Counted from the first letter of the stretch, positions 1 to 13,684 are shown. The stretch is 64,000 nucleotides of DNA from Octopus vulgaris (GCA_951406725.2 OX597832.1:1860001-1924000); one strand, 5' to 3'. The notes: generated by a model from the letters alone, not told the origin. Numbers and translations: made by a program.

Positions 1-335
1 GTCTTCCCATCACGAGTAGAAGTAGTGGGGGAGAATCATAGCCATGTGTTGAGAGGAATTTTCTGAGATTTGAACATGGGTGTTATGATCAACATCCTTA
101 CACAACCCTTATTAAGAGATCTCTTAAGTGGATGGGCTACTCAACTTGAAGAAAAATCCAGCTGGACCCCAGCTGCAAGGTTATGCACTGTTTATCTTGA
201 TATAAGATCACCATGTCGCGCACACATGTTTGTGATGCATGTGCCTGGTGTACCCTTATCAGACTGGTAATCATGATGATTATACTATATTTTACTCCAG
301 TGTTACTTTGACGGCATGCACTGCTCTCTCACTCT
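1..335. repeat. Interspersed repeat fragment, family unresolved (possibly a LINE 5' region on the minus strand)
   Basis: Higher GC than flanks and no credible ORF; resembles a common octopus-type repeat from memory only. Confidence 0.3.
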
Positions 336-529
336 CCGCGCTAAATAACAGGGATTCAGCTCCGCGGTGAGTAGTAGGGATTCAGCTCCGCGGTGAATAT
401 TGTTGATCAGCCTTCTGTACAGACAGAATACTCAAAAAAGATACATTAGTGATGAAAACTCATTCCACTCATAAGGCTTTGCGATTCCGTACTGCTACTG
501 TTTACCTCTCGCTCAGAGATTTAATATAG

Positions 530-530
<1 letters not shown>

Positions 531-614
<84 letters not shown>

Positions 615-628
615 CATACATACATACA

Positions 629-660
<32 letters not shown>
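531..660. repeat. Compound microsatellite (TA)n(GA)n(CATA)n
   Basis: Read directly. Confidence 0.97.
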
Positions 661-661
<1 letters not shown>

Positions 662-1522
662 CAGATCATCCCATAAGTTCTATCCGATTTTACCTTTTTA
701 AAATTAAATGAAATTTAATAGTCTTTTAGAATGTCTAATGGAATTAAAAATTATTTTTATACATTTGTGTACATTTAAACTAATTAAATATATTTTACAG
801 AATAATAGAATTAAAATTTCTTTGATTAAAACCCTTTCTAACATGGAAGTATCCAAAGAGCATTTAAGGCACATAATGCTTTATGAGTACAAAAAAGCAA
901 ACTCTGCAGCCGAAGCAACTCGAAACATACACTCAGATTATGGGAAAGAACGCTTGAATGAAAGAACTTGCAGAAGATGATTTACAAAATTCAGAAGTGG
1001 AGATTTCAGCCTTGAAGATGAAGATCGAACAGGACGTCCAGTTGAGTTTGATGATAAGCTCACTGAGGCATTACTGTCAGGCGTTTGAACCAAGCTTTGA
1101 AGAAAAAAAGACCCGCTTTAGTGAATCGAAAAGGAGTGATGTTTCATCAGGACAATGTGCGACGCCACAATGCAAAGATCACATTACAGAAGATCGAAAA
1201 GCTTGGTTGGGAAAAAATTCCTCATCCACCTTATTCACCCGACCTTGCTCCTTCAGACTGCCATTTGTTTAGTAGTTTACAGAATCATTTGCGGAACAGA
1301 ACTTTTGCAAGCCAGGAGGAGGTCGAAACTGACATTTCAGAGTTCTTCGCTTTGAAAGCAAAAGAGTTTTACATTGATAGGATTACAAATCTTGTAGATA
1401 GATGGAAGAAAGTCATAGATAATCAAAGAAAGTACATTGATGATTAAATTTCAATTAAATATAACATATGATGACTTGTTTTCTTTATTAAAAATTCGGA
1501 CAGAACTTATGGGATGACCTGA
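661..1522 (+). mobile_element. Internally deleted mariner (DD34D-type) DNA transposon
   Basis: TIRs tcagatcatcccataagttctatccga (661) and tcggacagaacttatgggatgacctga (to 1522), TA on both sides; N-terminal HTH region MEVSKEHLRHIMLYEY..AAEATRNI; C-terminal FHQDN and HPPYSPDLAPSD; middle of the transposase deleted near 1075-1085. Confidence 0.93.
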
Positions 1523-1526
1523 TATA

Positions 1527-1562
<36 letters not shown>

Positions 1563-1841
1563 TGTATGTATGTATGTATGTATGTATGTATAGCAACATT
1601 TATATCCAACTTAACGTGGATTCAGGAACTGATGTTGCAAATAGCCATTGGGCTTATGGAAAAATAATTAGCAGCAACAGAAACTGTTATGCTGGACACA
1701 AAGATTGCCTCTTGTTATAATGTGTGTGTCTCTGTGTGTGTGCGTGCCTGCGTGCGTGTGTGTGTGTGTATGTATGCATTTATGTATGTATGCATGCATG
1801 TATGTATGCATGCATGTATGCATGCATGTATGTATGTATGT
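1523..1841. repeat. (TA)/(TATG)n and (TG)/(TGCA) microsatellites around a short unique spacer
   Basis: Read directly. Confidence 0.9.
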
Positions 1842-2572
1842 GAAAGTTTTCAGAAAAAAACGGATACAAACAGAATACTCACAAAAGATACATTAAAAAA
1901 AGATACATTAAACAATTACGTGCTTTTCACTGTTTTTGGGTTTCCAGATACACCTGTTATAAGATAATCCTTTTAGAGGAAGTTGTTTTAGTACTCGTTT
2001 CGACTATTTCCAATATAGTTTCAAATTCCAATGTTGAAAATGCTCCTGTATTCAAACTCCAAATTATGAACTACGAAAAGCAAAAGAAGAAGAATTTATA
2101 AGAAAAATCTAAAACTAGACTGGAAATAGTCAACACCGCTACTAAAAAGAAGTCTATACAAATTATGTGTTATAAACACGTGAGTCTAATCAGTTGAAAG
2201 CAGCAAGAACCGATTAACACAACACCATTCAAGCGGTTTTCAGTTCAATATTCTATATACTGTTATTTATAGTTTAACCTACCTCGAGTACCGTTAAAAG
2301 CGATTTATTTCAAATCCCTCAAAACTTCTAATTTACACGTTTTAATGTTTATGGAACAGATTTCCTTCTTTAACCTGTTAAGTATTCCATGTTGGAATCA
2401 GTACATGTATTAGAAAAATATTATGGGATACTGTTTTATGGTATAGGGTAAACCCTGACTGGCACTTTTTTCTATATAATTCACTCTGTTATATCCTTTA
2501 GTTACTCTTTGCTACGGCGCTTTTGTATGATATATTTTCATCAATATCTAGGTATTTATTGCACTCATCGAA

Positions 2573-2905
2573 TTAACAGACGAGACAGAGAGATGAATGA
2601 TGTAAAGTTTCGTGTTGGGGAACAGATTTTCCGTATACGATTGTTAAATATGAATACTTCTCTTGGGCAAATCCCATCCCTTTCTTAACAGGAAAGGTTG
2701 TCACTAAATACAGTTGTTCATTAGCATCATATTTCGAACATAGATTATCCACTAAGAATTTATGGGTTACATTAGTGGTTCTGGCTGTTATAGGCCCCAG
2801 CACATTACCAATGGTTTCAGCGCAAAGATAAACAGAAGCAGAGAGAGACAGACTGTCTCCTTGATATATTCTCTTTGAAATATGTATAATAACGTAGACA
2901 ATCAT
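2573..2905 (-). pseudogene. Decayed RT fragment of an R4-like non-LTR retrotransposon
   Basis: IYQGDSLS..NVTHKFLVDNL..GMGFAQEKY parallels IFQGDSLS..SHLFYMDDL..GMEFGLEKC of the element at 56797-58794. Confidence 0.7.
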
Positions 2906-2975
2906 TCATGTCCAGTTGCAAGTCTTTTGTGGGCCTCAGGCAGCATGTATATATGTGTATATGAATAAACGAACA

Positions 2976-3264
<289 letters not shown>

Positions 3265-4379
3265 GTGCCAGTGTCAGTATGTATAAATATATGTAAATAT
3301 ATATATAAGTATATATGCAAGTATATATATACAATTGATAAATGATCAAATGAATAAATTACTATATTCGATTTTCGATCACTTGGCGCCAGTCTATCAG
3401 TATGATTCAACCCTTACTCTTATTTAGTTATTTATTATTGTTTGTTGTTGTTGCTGTTGTTGTTGTTCTTGCTGCTCTTATTTTAATTGTTTTTCTTTTC
3501 AATCGCTTAGTTCTTCATTTCGTTCATCTTCGTCATCTTCTACTCTCAGATTTCCTGTTGTTTGGAAATTCGCCTATAATAGCAAATCATTCATGAACCA
3601 AGATAGTTACAAGATTGCACGAGAGAAATAAAACCAATAACAGTAAATAAATAGACTGAGGAAGTAACGGACAGACAGTTCGTGTAAATAACAAATGAAT
3701 AAAACACCCGAAAATTGCTGATGCAGTCCTTTTTATTGTTGTTCTTGATGATGATGAGGAGGAGGAGGAGGAGGACGAGGAGGAGGGCGGAGGACGAGGA
3801 GGACGAGGACGAAGACGAGGAGGAAATATGATGGATATGGCAGCGAGATTTAGTTTTTAGTGTTGCATTTTGTATGCGGTGAATTGGTAGAGGCGTTAGC
3901 GAGTTGCATAGAATAACTTGCGATATTTGTTTCTGCTGTATATGCTCCGTGTTCAAATCCCATGAATGTTAAACTTGCTATTCATCCTCCCCGGATCAAA
4001 ACATAAAATGCTGATCAAGTACTTGTGACAATTTCTCTCACTCTCTCCTCTTAATTTGTCTACGTTGCACTTTGCGAAGGATTATAGGGAACCACTAACA
4101 CCAACCTCTTTTTTTTCTTTTTCTGAGAAATAAAAACAGGTTCACCCAGTGGTTAGTAAAGCCTGATATTGGAACAGTTTAAGGAATGACCAAAGTGCAG
4201 TACAAAACAAAACATAAATAAAGAGGAAAAAAAATTGGGGGGCTTTTATTATTGTTCATTTTTTGTAGGCTATTTATTTAATGAACTAAATTCTGTAGCA
4301 TACATGTGTGTGTGCATGCGGTGTGTGTATTTATACACATACATATAAATATACATACATATAGATAACAAATTCAGTC

Positions 4380-5200
4380 CAAATCTCCTCCGGTGTTTCG
4401 GCCCAAAATCAAAAATTGTCGTTCAGTTTGTAGATCAGCTGTGATGGCCACTCCCCCTACTCCACGTGTTCTAGAGTCAGCAAGAAGCTCGCTCTGCTTT
4501 ATTTCCATTCTGCGTGTGGCTGTTGCCCTCAATCTCCCTGTTATTTCCAGTTGCTATAAGGTTTGTTTTTTTTTTTACAGACTGCCCGTGAAAACCCAGC
4601 AGCCACCTCAGCTGAGTGCAATAAGATCTAAAGCATTTGACCAGGTCTTGGTTTTAATGAAATTCTTCTTCGGACCTTTCTCACAACCATCTTCCCATGA
4701 GACCTTCAGTTCAATTGTAATAATCTTCATGGCCTTCTCAGGCCACATCACTAGGTCAGACTACTGGAGTATTTAGATAAATTGAGAAAAGTAAAGTTGC
4801 CTCCACAGATCGAACCTCCTCTCATAATTATGCAGTTTGAAGGACTCTCATTTTAGGCTTTTTGGAACACATTGACTTCTCCTTTCTAAGACGAACTGAA
4901 AGCTGGGGTTGACCTTGTATCAGGCAGGGCTTCTCTCTTCTCCCCCGCTCAAAGAGGTTAGCCAATACTTTAAGGACCTTGTAGCGGTGCTATCTATATC
5001 TTCCATGGCTAAATTTTATAGCTCTTTGCCTTCATCATTTCTCCTTCTAGGATCTAGCCTCATCCTGTATCATATATCTCTTTTGTTTTGCCTCAGATTT
5101 AATACCATGATCTTGCGAACGAGGTTGCTAGCTGCACTAAACCATTCCAATCTTGCCTGAAGATCATGCCTTTTCAGAGCCCCCGACCTTCCTTGATTGC
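4380..5200 (-). mobile_element. Decayed 3' part of a HERO-like (RLE) non-LTR retrotransposon
   Basis: Minus-strand translation gives HGRYR*HRYKVLKVLA (RH-D/N motif), SDLVMWPEKAMKIITIELKVSWEDGCE (PD..ELTVPWE motif) and KAERASC*L; many stops. Confidence 0.65.
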
Positions 5201-5360
5201 CATCTAGTCTTTCTAGGAGTCAGCAGTCTTCCAGGGGATTTGCTATTAGATACATCTACCTGAGATTCTATCACGCCCAGTCATATACTTATGACTGTAA
5301 CTTTTGACCAGGAAAAGAAGTTGTGTCAGGTGGTGTTGAACTTTCATCCAGACAGACAGA

Positions 5361-5740
5361 CTGTTGTTTGGAAATTCGCCTATAATAGCAAATCATTCAT
5401 GAACCAATCATGTTTGCACTCCTCACACAAAGACGTATGAGATGGCTTGGGCATGTTAGCCGTATGGAAGATGGCAGAATCCTCAAGGACATACTCAACG
5501 GAGAGCTTGCTAGGGGCACTAGGTCTTACGATACAAGGATGTTTGCAAAAGGGGCATGAATGCCTGCAACATCAATATTACTAATTGGGAAGCAGTTGCC
5601 AGCAACCGTGGAGATTGGCGACGTACCGTAAAAGATGGAACACAACGGAGTGACATAGAGAGAGAGGAGAAATGGAAAGACAAGATTGCACGAGAGAAAT
5701 AAAACCAATAACAGTAAATAAATAGACTGAGGAAGTAACG

Positions 5741-5749
<9 letters not shown>
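5361..5749 (+). repeat. Chimeric duplication: copy of 3555-3601 + copy of RTE 9510-9790 + copy of 3609-3678
   Basis: Near-identical matches to both donors read by eye; CCAA and ACAAG shared at the switches. Confidence 0.93.
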
Positions 5750-5960
<211 letters not shown>

Positions 5961-6278
5961 GTCGAATGGAAGGATATTATTAGCCATATATTCTGTTCAA
6001 AACATACAACTAGTTTCGCCATATTCTGGATCTTCAAAAAATTTGAAGTAAAATCATTGTTCCACTGGCACATATTGATTCTCAAGTGAATGGACACAAT
6101 CATTGCATTGGTATGTCAGCATTTTTAAACGCCGCTGCGTGCAACTCGATAGCATGCCATGCATTCCTGTGCATTTTGGTCACCTCACTTTGCATAATAG
6201 TTTTACCCTTTCAAATGCAGATCGATCTCAGTTTTTCTAACGAGCTGAGTTGTAACAACTTAGTTTATTTTGTACATA

Positions 6279-6500
6279 TCTATATATATATAAAACTGAG
6301 AATGTGTGTCTGTCTGTCTGTCTGTCTGTCTGCGTGTTTCCCTGAAACTTGAGAACTACACAACCAATTTCATTCAAATTTTACACATGCCTTACTTAGG
6401 GTCCATGTAGTGTCATGGGCAAAAATGTTTAACTTCTTGTCTAGGGCGAGCCCACAGCAATATCATATCTTCTCCACTATTTTAGTATTACGTGTTAAAA
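6279..6500 (+). mobile_element. Probable non-autonomous Helitron 5' end
   Basis: A|TCtatatatatataaaactgagaatgtgtg(tctg)n..gagaactacacaaccaatttcattcaaatttt, the layout of microsatellite-bearing Helitron 5' termini. Confidence 0.55.
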
Positions 6501-6733
6501 CGTATGTATATGGATGTGTGTATATATATATACATGTATATATATAGCTGTATATGTATACATGTATATGTATAGCTGTATATGTATAGATGTATTTCTA
6601 TAGATATACATGTAGTGTATACATGTATGTCTAGTTGTATATATATACAGATGTACATGTAATAAGTACACATATATATACACATATATACATGCATACA
6701 TATATACACCCATACACACACACACATATACAT

Positions 6734-7060
6734 AGGTACAGGTGTGGCTGTGTGGTAACAAACTTGGTTCCAAAACACATGGTCCTCAGTTCAGTCCCAC
6801 TGTGTGGTAACTTGGCATGTGTCTTCTGCTATAGCCTCAGACTAACTAAAGCCTTGTCAGTGGATTTTGTAGACAGAAACTGAAAGAAATCAATTGTATG
6901 TATATGTATGTATATATGTAAGTCTATGTGTGTGCCTTTGTGTTTCTCCCTCATCAATGCTTCACAACTGGTGTTCGTTTATTTACATCCCCATAACTTA
7001 CTGGTTTCACAAGAAGAAACTGATAGAATAAGTACCAGGCTTATCAAAATATAAAAAAGC
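6734..7060 (+). mobile_element. tRNA-derived SINE, family A (diverged)
   Basis: A-box-like gtggctgtgtggt, B-box-like agttcagtccc; homologous to copies at 13169, 21834 and 32605. Confidence 0.85.
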
Positions 7061-7116
7061 ACTACGCAGTGTCTCATATTTTTGTTTGCCCACTCAGTTG
7101 TATCTATCAATTTATC

Positions 7117-7119
<3 letters not shown>

Positions 7120-7208
<89 letters not shown>
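7120..7208. repeat. (GT)n microsatellite
   Basis: Read directly. Confidence 0.97.
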
Positions 7209-7211
<3 letters not shown>

Positions 7212-7301
7212 ATACATACATATATACATATGGATTTCGTAGACAGGAACTGAAACAAATCAATCGTATATATATGTATGTATATATGTAAGTGTATGTG
7301 T

Positions 7302-9998
7302 TTTGGTATTGACAACATGAATGACAATGGTCAGAGACTACTTGAATACCATAACCTGTGCATCACTAATACATTCTTCGCCAACAAGAAATCACAAAAG
7401 GCATCTTAGAGACATCCAAGATCTCACCACAGGCATCAGCTGGATCTCATCATTACACGAAGATCCTTTCTGAATTCTGTTCAATTGACCCGTAGTTACC
7501 ATAGCGCGGATTGTGACAGAGATCATTCACTAATAAGAAGCAGGGTGAGGATTCTGCCTAAAAATGTCCATCACTCCAAGAAAATGGGACAACCACGCAT
7601 TAACACTGCCAGAACCTCGGACCCTACACTGCGACAATGTTTTGCTGTTTCTATCAAAATGGCCCTCAATGGCTGCCCAACCTCCTCTGATGAAAGTAGG
7701 TGGAATTATATCAGGGAAGCTTTGTATACCACATCAATAAATAATTTCGGCATGAGAGAAAGGCAAAACCCAGATTGGTTCAATGCTGGGCTCTCAGAGC
7801 TGGAAACAGTTATCGAAGCAAAGCGTGCAGCTCTGATGCAATACTAGAGGGATTCTTCTACAAAGTCACTCGAACAACTCAGAAAGGCAAGAAACAAAAC
7901 CCAACTGACTGCCAGATGCTGTGCAAATAGGTATTGGCAGGAAATTTGTCAGAGTATCCAGTCAGCTGCTGACAGTGGCGACACCCGTGGGATGTATGCC
8001 GGTTTGAAGAAGGCCCTCGGTCCATCCGCAACCAAGTAAGCCCCTCTGAAATCAACTAATGGAGATCTCATCAGGGACCAAAACAAGCAAATGGATAGAT
8101 GGGTGGAGTACTACCAGGATCTCTACTCAGGGGAGACCAAGGTAGCAGAGGCTGCAATCGAGGGTGTCAAGATATTGCCAGTCATGTGCGAACTTGACAG
8201 TTTGCCATCTATAGCAGAGCTCACCAAGGCTATTGACTCCCTAGCAAGTAACAAGGCTCCGGGAAAAGACGGCATCCCCTTAGAGATCATCAAAACCGGC
8301 AAAAACACCATCCTGCTTCGGCACCTTCATGAGCTTCTGTGTCAGTGTTGGGAAGAGGCTACAGTCCCTCAGGATGTGCCGGATGCTAACATCATTACGC
8401 TTTACAAAAACAAAGGTGACCGTGGTGATTGTAACTATTACCGTGGAATATCTCTTCTAAACACTGTTGGAAAGGCCTTTGCTCGCATTATCCTGTCCAG
8501 GCTACAACTGCTTGCTTCTCAAATTTATCCAGAATCAAAGTGTGGCTTTAGAAGAAGGAGATCAGCTATTGACATGATATTCTCCATACGCCAACTTCAG
8601 GAGAAGTCCAGAGAGCAGAAAATGCCATTATATATGGCCTTCATTGATCTGACAAAGGCCTTTGACTTGGTAAGTAGAAAAGGCCCCTTCATCCTGCTCC
8701 AAAAAATCGGATGTCCACCAAGGCTGCTGAGGATCATCAAATATTTCCATGATGATATACAAGGCACCATACAGCACAATGGGTCAACATCAGCCGCCTT
8801 CCAAATAAAAAATGGGGTAAAGCAACGTTGTGTCCATGCTCCTACATTATTTGGCATCTTCTTCTCGCTGCTGCTGTCACATGCCTTTGAGACATCAGAT
8901 GATAGAGTGTTTCTGCACAGTTGAAGTGATGGGAAACTGTTCAATCTCTCGCGTCTGCGTGCCAATACCAAAGTCAGAAGCATCCTGATCAAGGAGATGC
9001 TATTTGCTGATGATGCCACTCTGGTATCACATACAGAAGAAGCCCTACAAAGGCTCATCAACTGTTTTGAGCAAGCATTTATCGACTTTGGCATAGTTAT
9101 CAGCCTCAAGAAGACCAACATTATAGGTCAGGCTACATCGGACATCCCAAATATACATATTGGAGACCACAGACTACAGGAGGTGGAGAAGTTTACCTAT
9201 CTTGGCTCTACCGTCACCTACAACCTATCCCTTGATGAGCTCAATATACGCATTGGCAAGGCAACTGCTGTGATGGCCCAACTCTCCAAACGTGCATGGG
9301 ACAACAATAAGCTGACCAAGACCACAAAAATGAAGATTTACCAGGCATGTGTACTTAGCACTCTACTGTATGGAAGTGAGACTTGGACGCCATACACACG
9401 CCAAGAGCGTCGCCTAAATATCTTTCACCTGCGCTGCCTCCGGAAAATCCTTCGCATCAAATGGCAGAATCATGTCCCCAACAAACATGTCCTCAAGCAA
9501 GCAGGAATACCAAGCATGTTTGCACTCCTCACACAAAGACGTATGAGATGGCTTGGGCATGTTAGCCGTATGGAAGATGGCATAATCCTCAAGGACATAC
9601 TCAACGGAGAGCTTGCTAGGGGCACTAGGTCTTACGATACAAGGATGTTTGCAAAAGGGACATGAATGCCTGCAACATCAATATTACTAACTGGGAAGCA
9701 GTTGCCAGCAACCGTGGAGATTGGCGACGTACCGTAAAAGATGGAACACAACGGAGTGACATAGAGAGAGAGGAGAAATGGAAAGACAAGAAAAGAGGTC
9801 AACAAGAAAGTATGACATTACAACCAGCCAGGCAAAGTCTTGCTACATTTGCGGCACCTGCCAGAGGGAGTGTTTGTCCAGGATAGGACTACACAGCCAC
9901 AGCAGGAAATGTATTAGGACATAAAATGTGAAAGCCTGACTAGATTATTTTATGCGCAACTCCATTGTCTCCCGAGACAAAAAGGATGCCAACAACAA
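7302..9998 (+). mobile_element. 5'-truncated, decayed RTE-clade LINE (APE C-terminus, RT, C-terminal zinc finger, (CAA)n tail)
   Basis: NDNGQRLLE..ITNTFF..DLII..DHSLI (APE); YRGISLL, FIDLTKAFD, GVKQRCVHAPTLF, LFADD, FTYLGS, LLYGSETW (RT); CGTCQREC..H; tail ccaacaacaaca; stops and frameshifts. Confidence 0.95.
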
Positions 9999-10005
9999 CA
10001 TATAC

Positions 10006-10280
10006 GGATTTCGTAGACAGAACTGAAACAAATCAATCATATATATATGTATGTATATATGGAAGTCTATGTGTGTGTCTTTGTGTTTCTCCCTCATCAC
10101 TGCTTCACAACTGCTGTTCATTTATTTACATCCACATAACTTACTGGTTTCACAAGAACAAACTAATAGAATAAACCAGACTTATCAACATAAAAAAAGC
10201 ACTAGGTTGTGTCTCATATTTTTGCTTGCCCACTCAGTTGAATCTATCAATTTATCTTTGTATGTGTGTGTGTGTATATA
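10006..10280 (+). repeat. Direct duplicate of 6862-7125 (SINE A 3' half plus flank)
   Basis: Colinear similarity including the non-SINE flank gtgtctcatattt..tatcaatttatctttg. Confidence 0.9.
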
Positions 10281-11424
10281 TAGCCTTAACTCCCAAATTT
10301 TAGTCATTTCTTTTATGATCCAAAACTAGGTCAAAAGTACTGAATGGATCTTTATGAAAATTTGAAATTATATTCTATGCATAAGGGCCATATTTCCCCC
10401 ATGACAATTCATATATTTTTGCTGTTGATGAAATTTTAGCCATAGATATTAGGCACAAATGAAGTAATATTTATAAAATTTCATCTTCTTACAAGTTAGA
10501 AAGACCCTGCCATGGGGACTTAACACCCACAATTTTGTCATTTTATTTAAGCAAAAGCGAATACATTTGTGCTCTTGGAAGCTGTAGGGTCACCCGAGCA
10601 TAAAAGTTGAGCATTATTTCTAATTCAATGGCACAACAGTGTAACAGTTTGCTTTGACATACACTTACATTGTGATTTCTGCAATGTGCTGCATAAATTG
10701 TCAAGTAAATCAGAGGCATCTTTGCCTCTACTGATTCAGTTGCAAAGTGTTGAGTAAAGTTATTTGATTGCAGACCTCCTTTCAGTCTTTTTATTATCAC
10801 TGGGTCACACATAGTCCCCAGATGGTAACATTGATTTCAAGGTCTTCCCACATGAGTGACTGGTTATTCAAAGACATTTATAGATTGTAAATTTATTCTG
10901 TCCAGTTACGTATCAGTATAGTGGTCATTTGCAAACTCCAGATGTGACACTTTAATTTCTCCTTAGCCCTCGCGTCACATAGTTGTTAATGTTGATTTCA
11001 GTTGGGTCACGCCCTTCCAACTGCTATAGATTCGTAATGCATCTTACGGCTGTGAGGAATCCTACATTGGGAGTGGTACCGACTAGGGTAGGGTAACTGA
11101 CTGCTTATTGTGATCATTCGTCTTTTGGTTTCCTGTAGCTTTGCTCTCTTTTACAAACCCAGTGAACATATATTTCCTATTTCAAAGAAATTCAATCAAT
11201 TTAAAAAGATTCTCAATTTAAAAAGCTTAAGTTAAAAAGATTCTCAAAATTCAACTTCTCTGGTTGACTTTAAGATGCCCACCTCCAACAGGGGTCTTAA
11301 CTCTCACATTTTAGAGCTCCATGACCTTCATTTTTCAGGAGCAAAATCTTTTTAACAGGTTCAATAAGACTGGAATTTTGGAATATGCGCATAAAAATCA
11401 GTAGTATGGGATACATGTGGCACG

Positions 11425-11590
11425 ATTATAATTTGGTGGGGCGGGGGAGTGTAAAGAGAGAAATTACCCTCATCTGCAATTTTGATGAAATTCGAAACAT
11501 AGATATTCCAGTTCATTACAGAAAATATAACAGAAAAGTCTAATTCTTCCATTGAATGTAACCGGGCAACGCCGGGTATCTCGGTATCTA
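11425..11590 (+). mobile_element. Probable Helitron 3' end with subterminal hairpin
   Basis: accgggcaacgccggg GC hairpin at about 11561-11576, about 12 nt before a degraded CTA(G) end running into (TA)n. Confidence 0.55.
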
Positions 11591-11612
11591 TATATATATA
11601 TATATATATATA

Positions 11613-11652
<40 letters not shown>

Positions 11653-11653
11653 C

Positions 11654-11713
<60 letters not shown>

Positions 11714-11719
11714 CTTTGC

Positions 11720-11761
<42 letters not shown>
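11589..11761. repeat. (TA)n microsatellite
   Basis: Read directly. Confidence 0.97.
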
Positions 11762-11764
<3 letters not shown>

Positions 11765-11765
<1 letters not shown>

Positions 11766-13058
11766 ACGGGAAGGTTTACGAAAATAAACAAAAGACGAAG
11801 GCAGGTGGAGTACAAAGAAACAAATGTATTAGTATGGCGCTCAGGAATACAAATAGAAAAAGTATTTTACGTTTCGAGCCTACGCTCTTCGACAGAAAGA
11901 TACACAGAAAAAAACAAGGAGAGAAAAAAATGCGTGTAGGAGCTAACGATCTATCATGGCGTCCTGACTCGGACAGTGGTCAGGGGAGATAACAGGGTCA
12001 AGTGACTTCCAAAACGGAGGTGCCCCCAACACGGGGAGTGAGGGAGCAGAGAGAAAGAGAGAAGCGGAAGAGGGAAGAAGAGAGAAGAAGAGAGAGAAGA
12101 GGGAAGAAGGTGGAAGAAGGGAAGAGAAGGGAAAGAGAGTAGAGGTGAAAAGATGAAGGACTGAAGAGAAGTAGGAGTCAGGGGGAGGTTAGATGAAAAG
12201 GGGGGGAAAGTTGAGCCCAAATGGCGTAAAAGAGCGAAGAGAGAAGATTAATCCCTGTTCACGGCGCAAGCGGGAATCCGGATGGCCTCTGTGCAAGGAC
12301 AATCCGAACACAGACAAGTGTTGCAAGGAGTGACCGGTGGAGCGGAAATGGCATGAGACTGGAGTGTCATTGCCGAGGCGGACGTCTTGGAGGTGTTCCG
12401 CGAACCGGTCAGCCAAGCGGCGTCCCGTTTGTCCGATGTACAGGGAATGGCAGAGAGAGCAGGAGATGCAATAGATGATATTGCTGGAGGTGCAGGTGAA
12501 GGAGTCGATGATGCGATAGGGTCGATGATGGGTGCCGGTGAGCATGGTGGTGTTGGAGAGGTAAGGGCAAGTGCTGAAACGTGGGCGGGAGCAGGGGAAC
12601 GAGCCAGGTTGGGAGGTAGGATCAGGGAAGGAGCTGTGGACCAAGAGGTCTCGTAGGTTATGGGCTCGTTTGAAGAAGGGGAGGGGTCGGTTAGGGAAAA
12701 GGTGTGAAGTGGACGGGTCGGACTGGAGATGCCGGAAAGCTCGAAGAATGGTGCGTTGGAGAGGTAGGGTGGTGGGGTGGTAAGTGAGGGGAAAAGGTAG
12801 GCGGGAGACTGCAGGGCGGGTTCGGGGGGGAGAGAGCAGATGCACGGTCTACGGAACGTGCTCTGGCAAGGGAGGTGTGGATAGTGGTGAGGGGGTATCC
12901 ACGTAGGGTGAAGTGGCGAGCCATGAGTTGAGACTGAGTCTCAAAGTCATGGTCGTCACTACAGAGCCTACGTAGACGGAGGAATTGGGAATAGGGGATG
13001 GAAAGCTTGGTGTGTTTGGGGTGGGAGGAAGAGAAGTTTAGGTATGAGTGTGAGTTTG
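11765..13058 (-). mobile_element. Penelope-like element family P1, 5'-truncated (thumb region, GIY-YIG nuclease, pseudo-LTR)
   Basis: SHSYLNFSSSHP..SIPYSQFLRLRRLCS; TCTSSNIIYCISCSLCHSLYIGQTGRRLADRFAEH; terminal repeat with hammerhead motif. Confidence 0.93.
11864..11899 (-). ncRNA. Minimal type I hammerhead-like motif (CUGUCGA core variant)
   Basis: Reverse complement CTTT-CTGTCGA-A-GAGC-gtag-GCTC-GAAA-CG-TA-AAAT. Confidence 0.65.
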
Positions 13059-13168
13059 TAGTAAATGGAGGTGGTAAGAGTGGAGTGCTGAATGCTATGC
13101 ACACACACACTCACACACATATAGGTACATATTTATGTGTATGTGTGTGTGTTATATATTCGTGTATT

Positions 13169-13548
13169 CTTTTATTTGTTTCAATCATTTTGCCTATGGC
13201 CATGCTGGAGCACCGCCTTTTAGTCGAAGAAATCGGTCCCTGGACTTATTCTTTGTAAGCCTAATACTTTTTCTATTAGTCTTTTTTGCCGAACCGTTAA
13301 GTTACCGAAACGTAAACATACTAACATCTGTTGTCAAGCGATGGTGTTGGGGTCAAACACAGACCCAAACACACAAATATATACAAATATAAATATATGT
13401 ACGACGGTCTTCTTCGCGTTTTCGTCTACCAAATCCACTCACGGCCAGAGGCAACCGTTAATGACACTTGCACAAGGTAAGGTGCCACGCAGTGGGACTG
13501 AACCCGGATCCATGTGGTTGAGAGGCAAGCTTCTTACCACATAGCCAC
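13169..13548 (-). mobile_element. tRNA-derived SINE, family A
   Basis: Full-length homology to 21834-22233. Confidence 0.9.
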
Positions 13549-13561
13549 ATACACTCACACA

Positions 13562-13587
13562 GATATACATATATATATATATATTTA

Positions 13588-13684
<97 letters not shown>

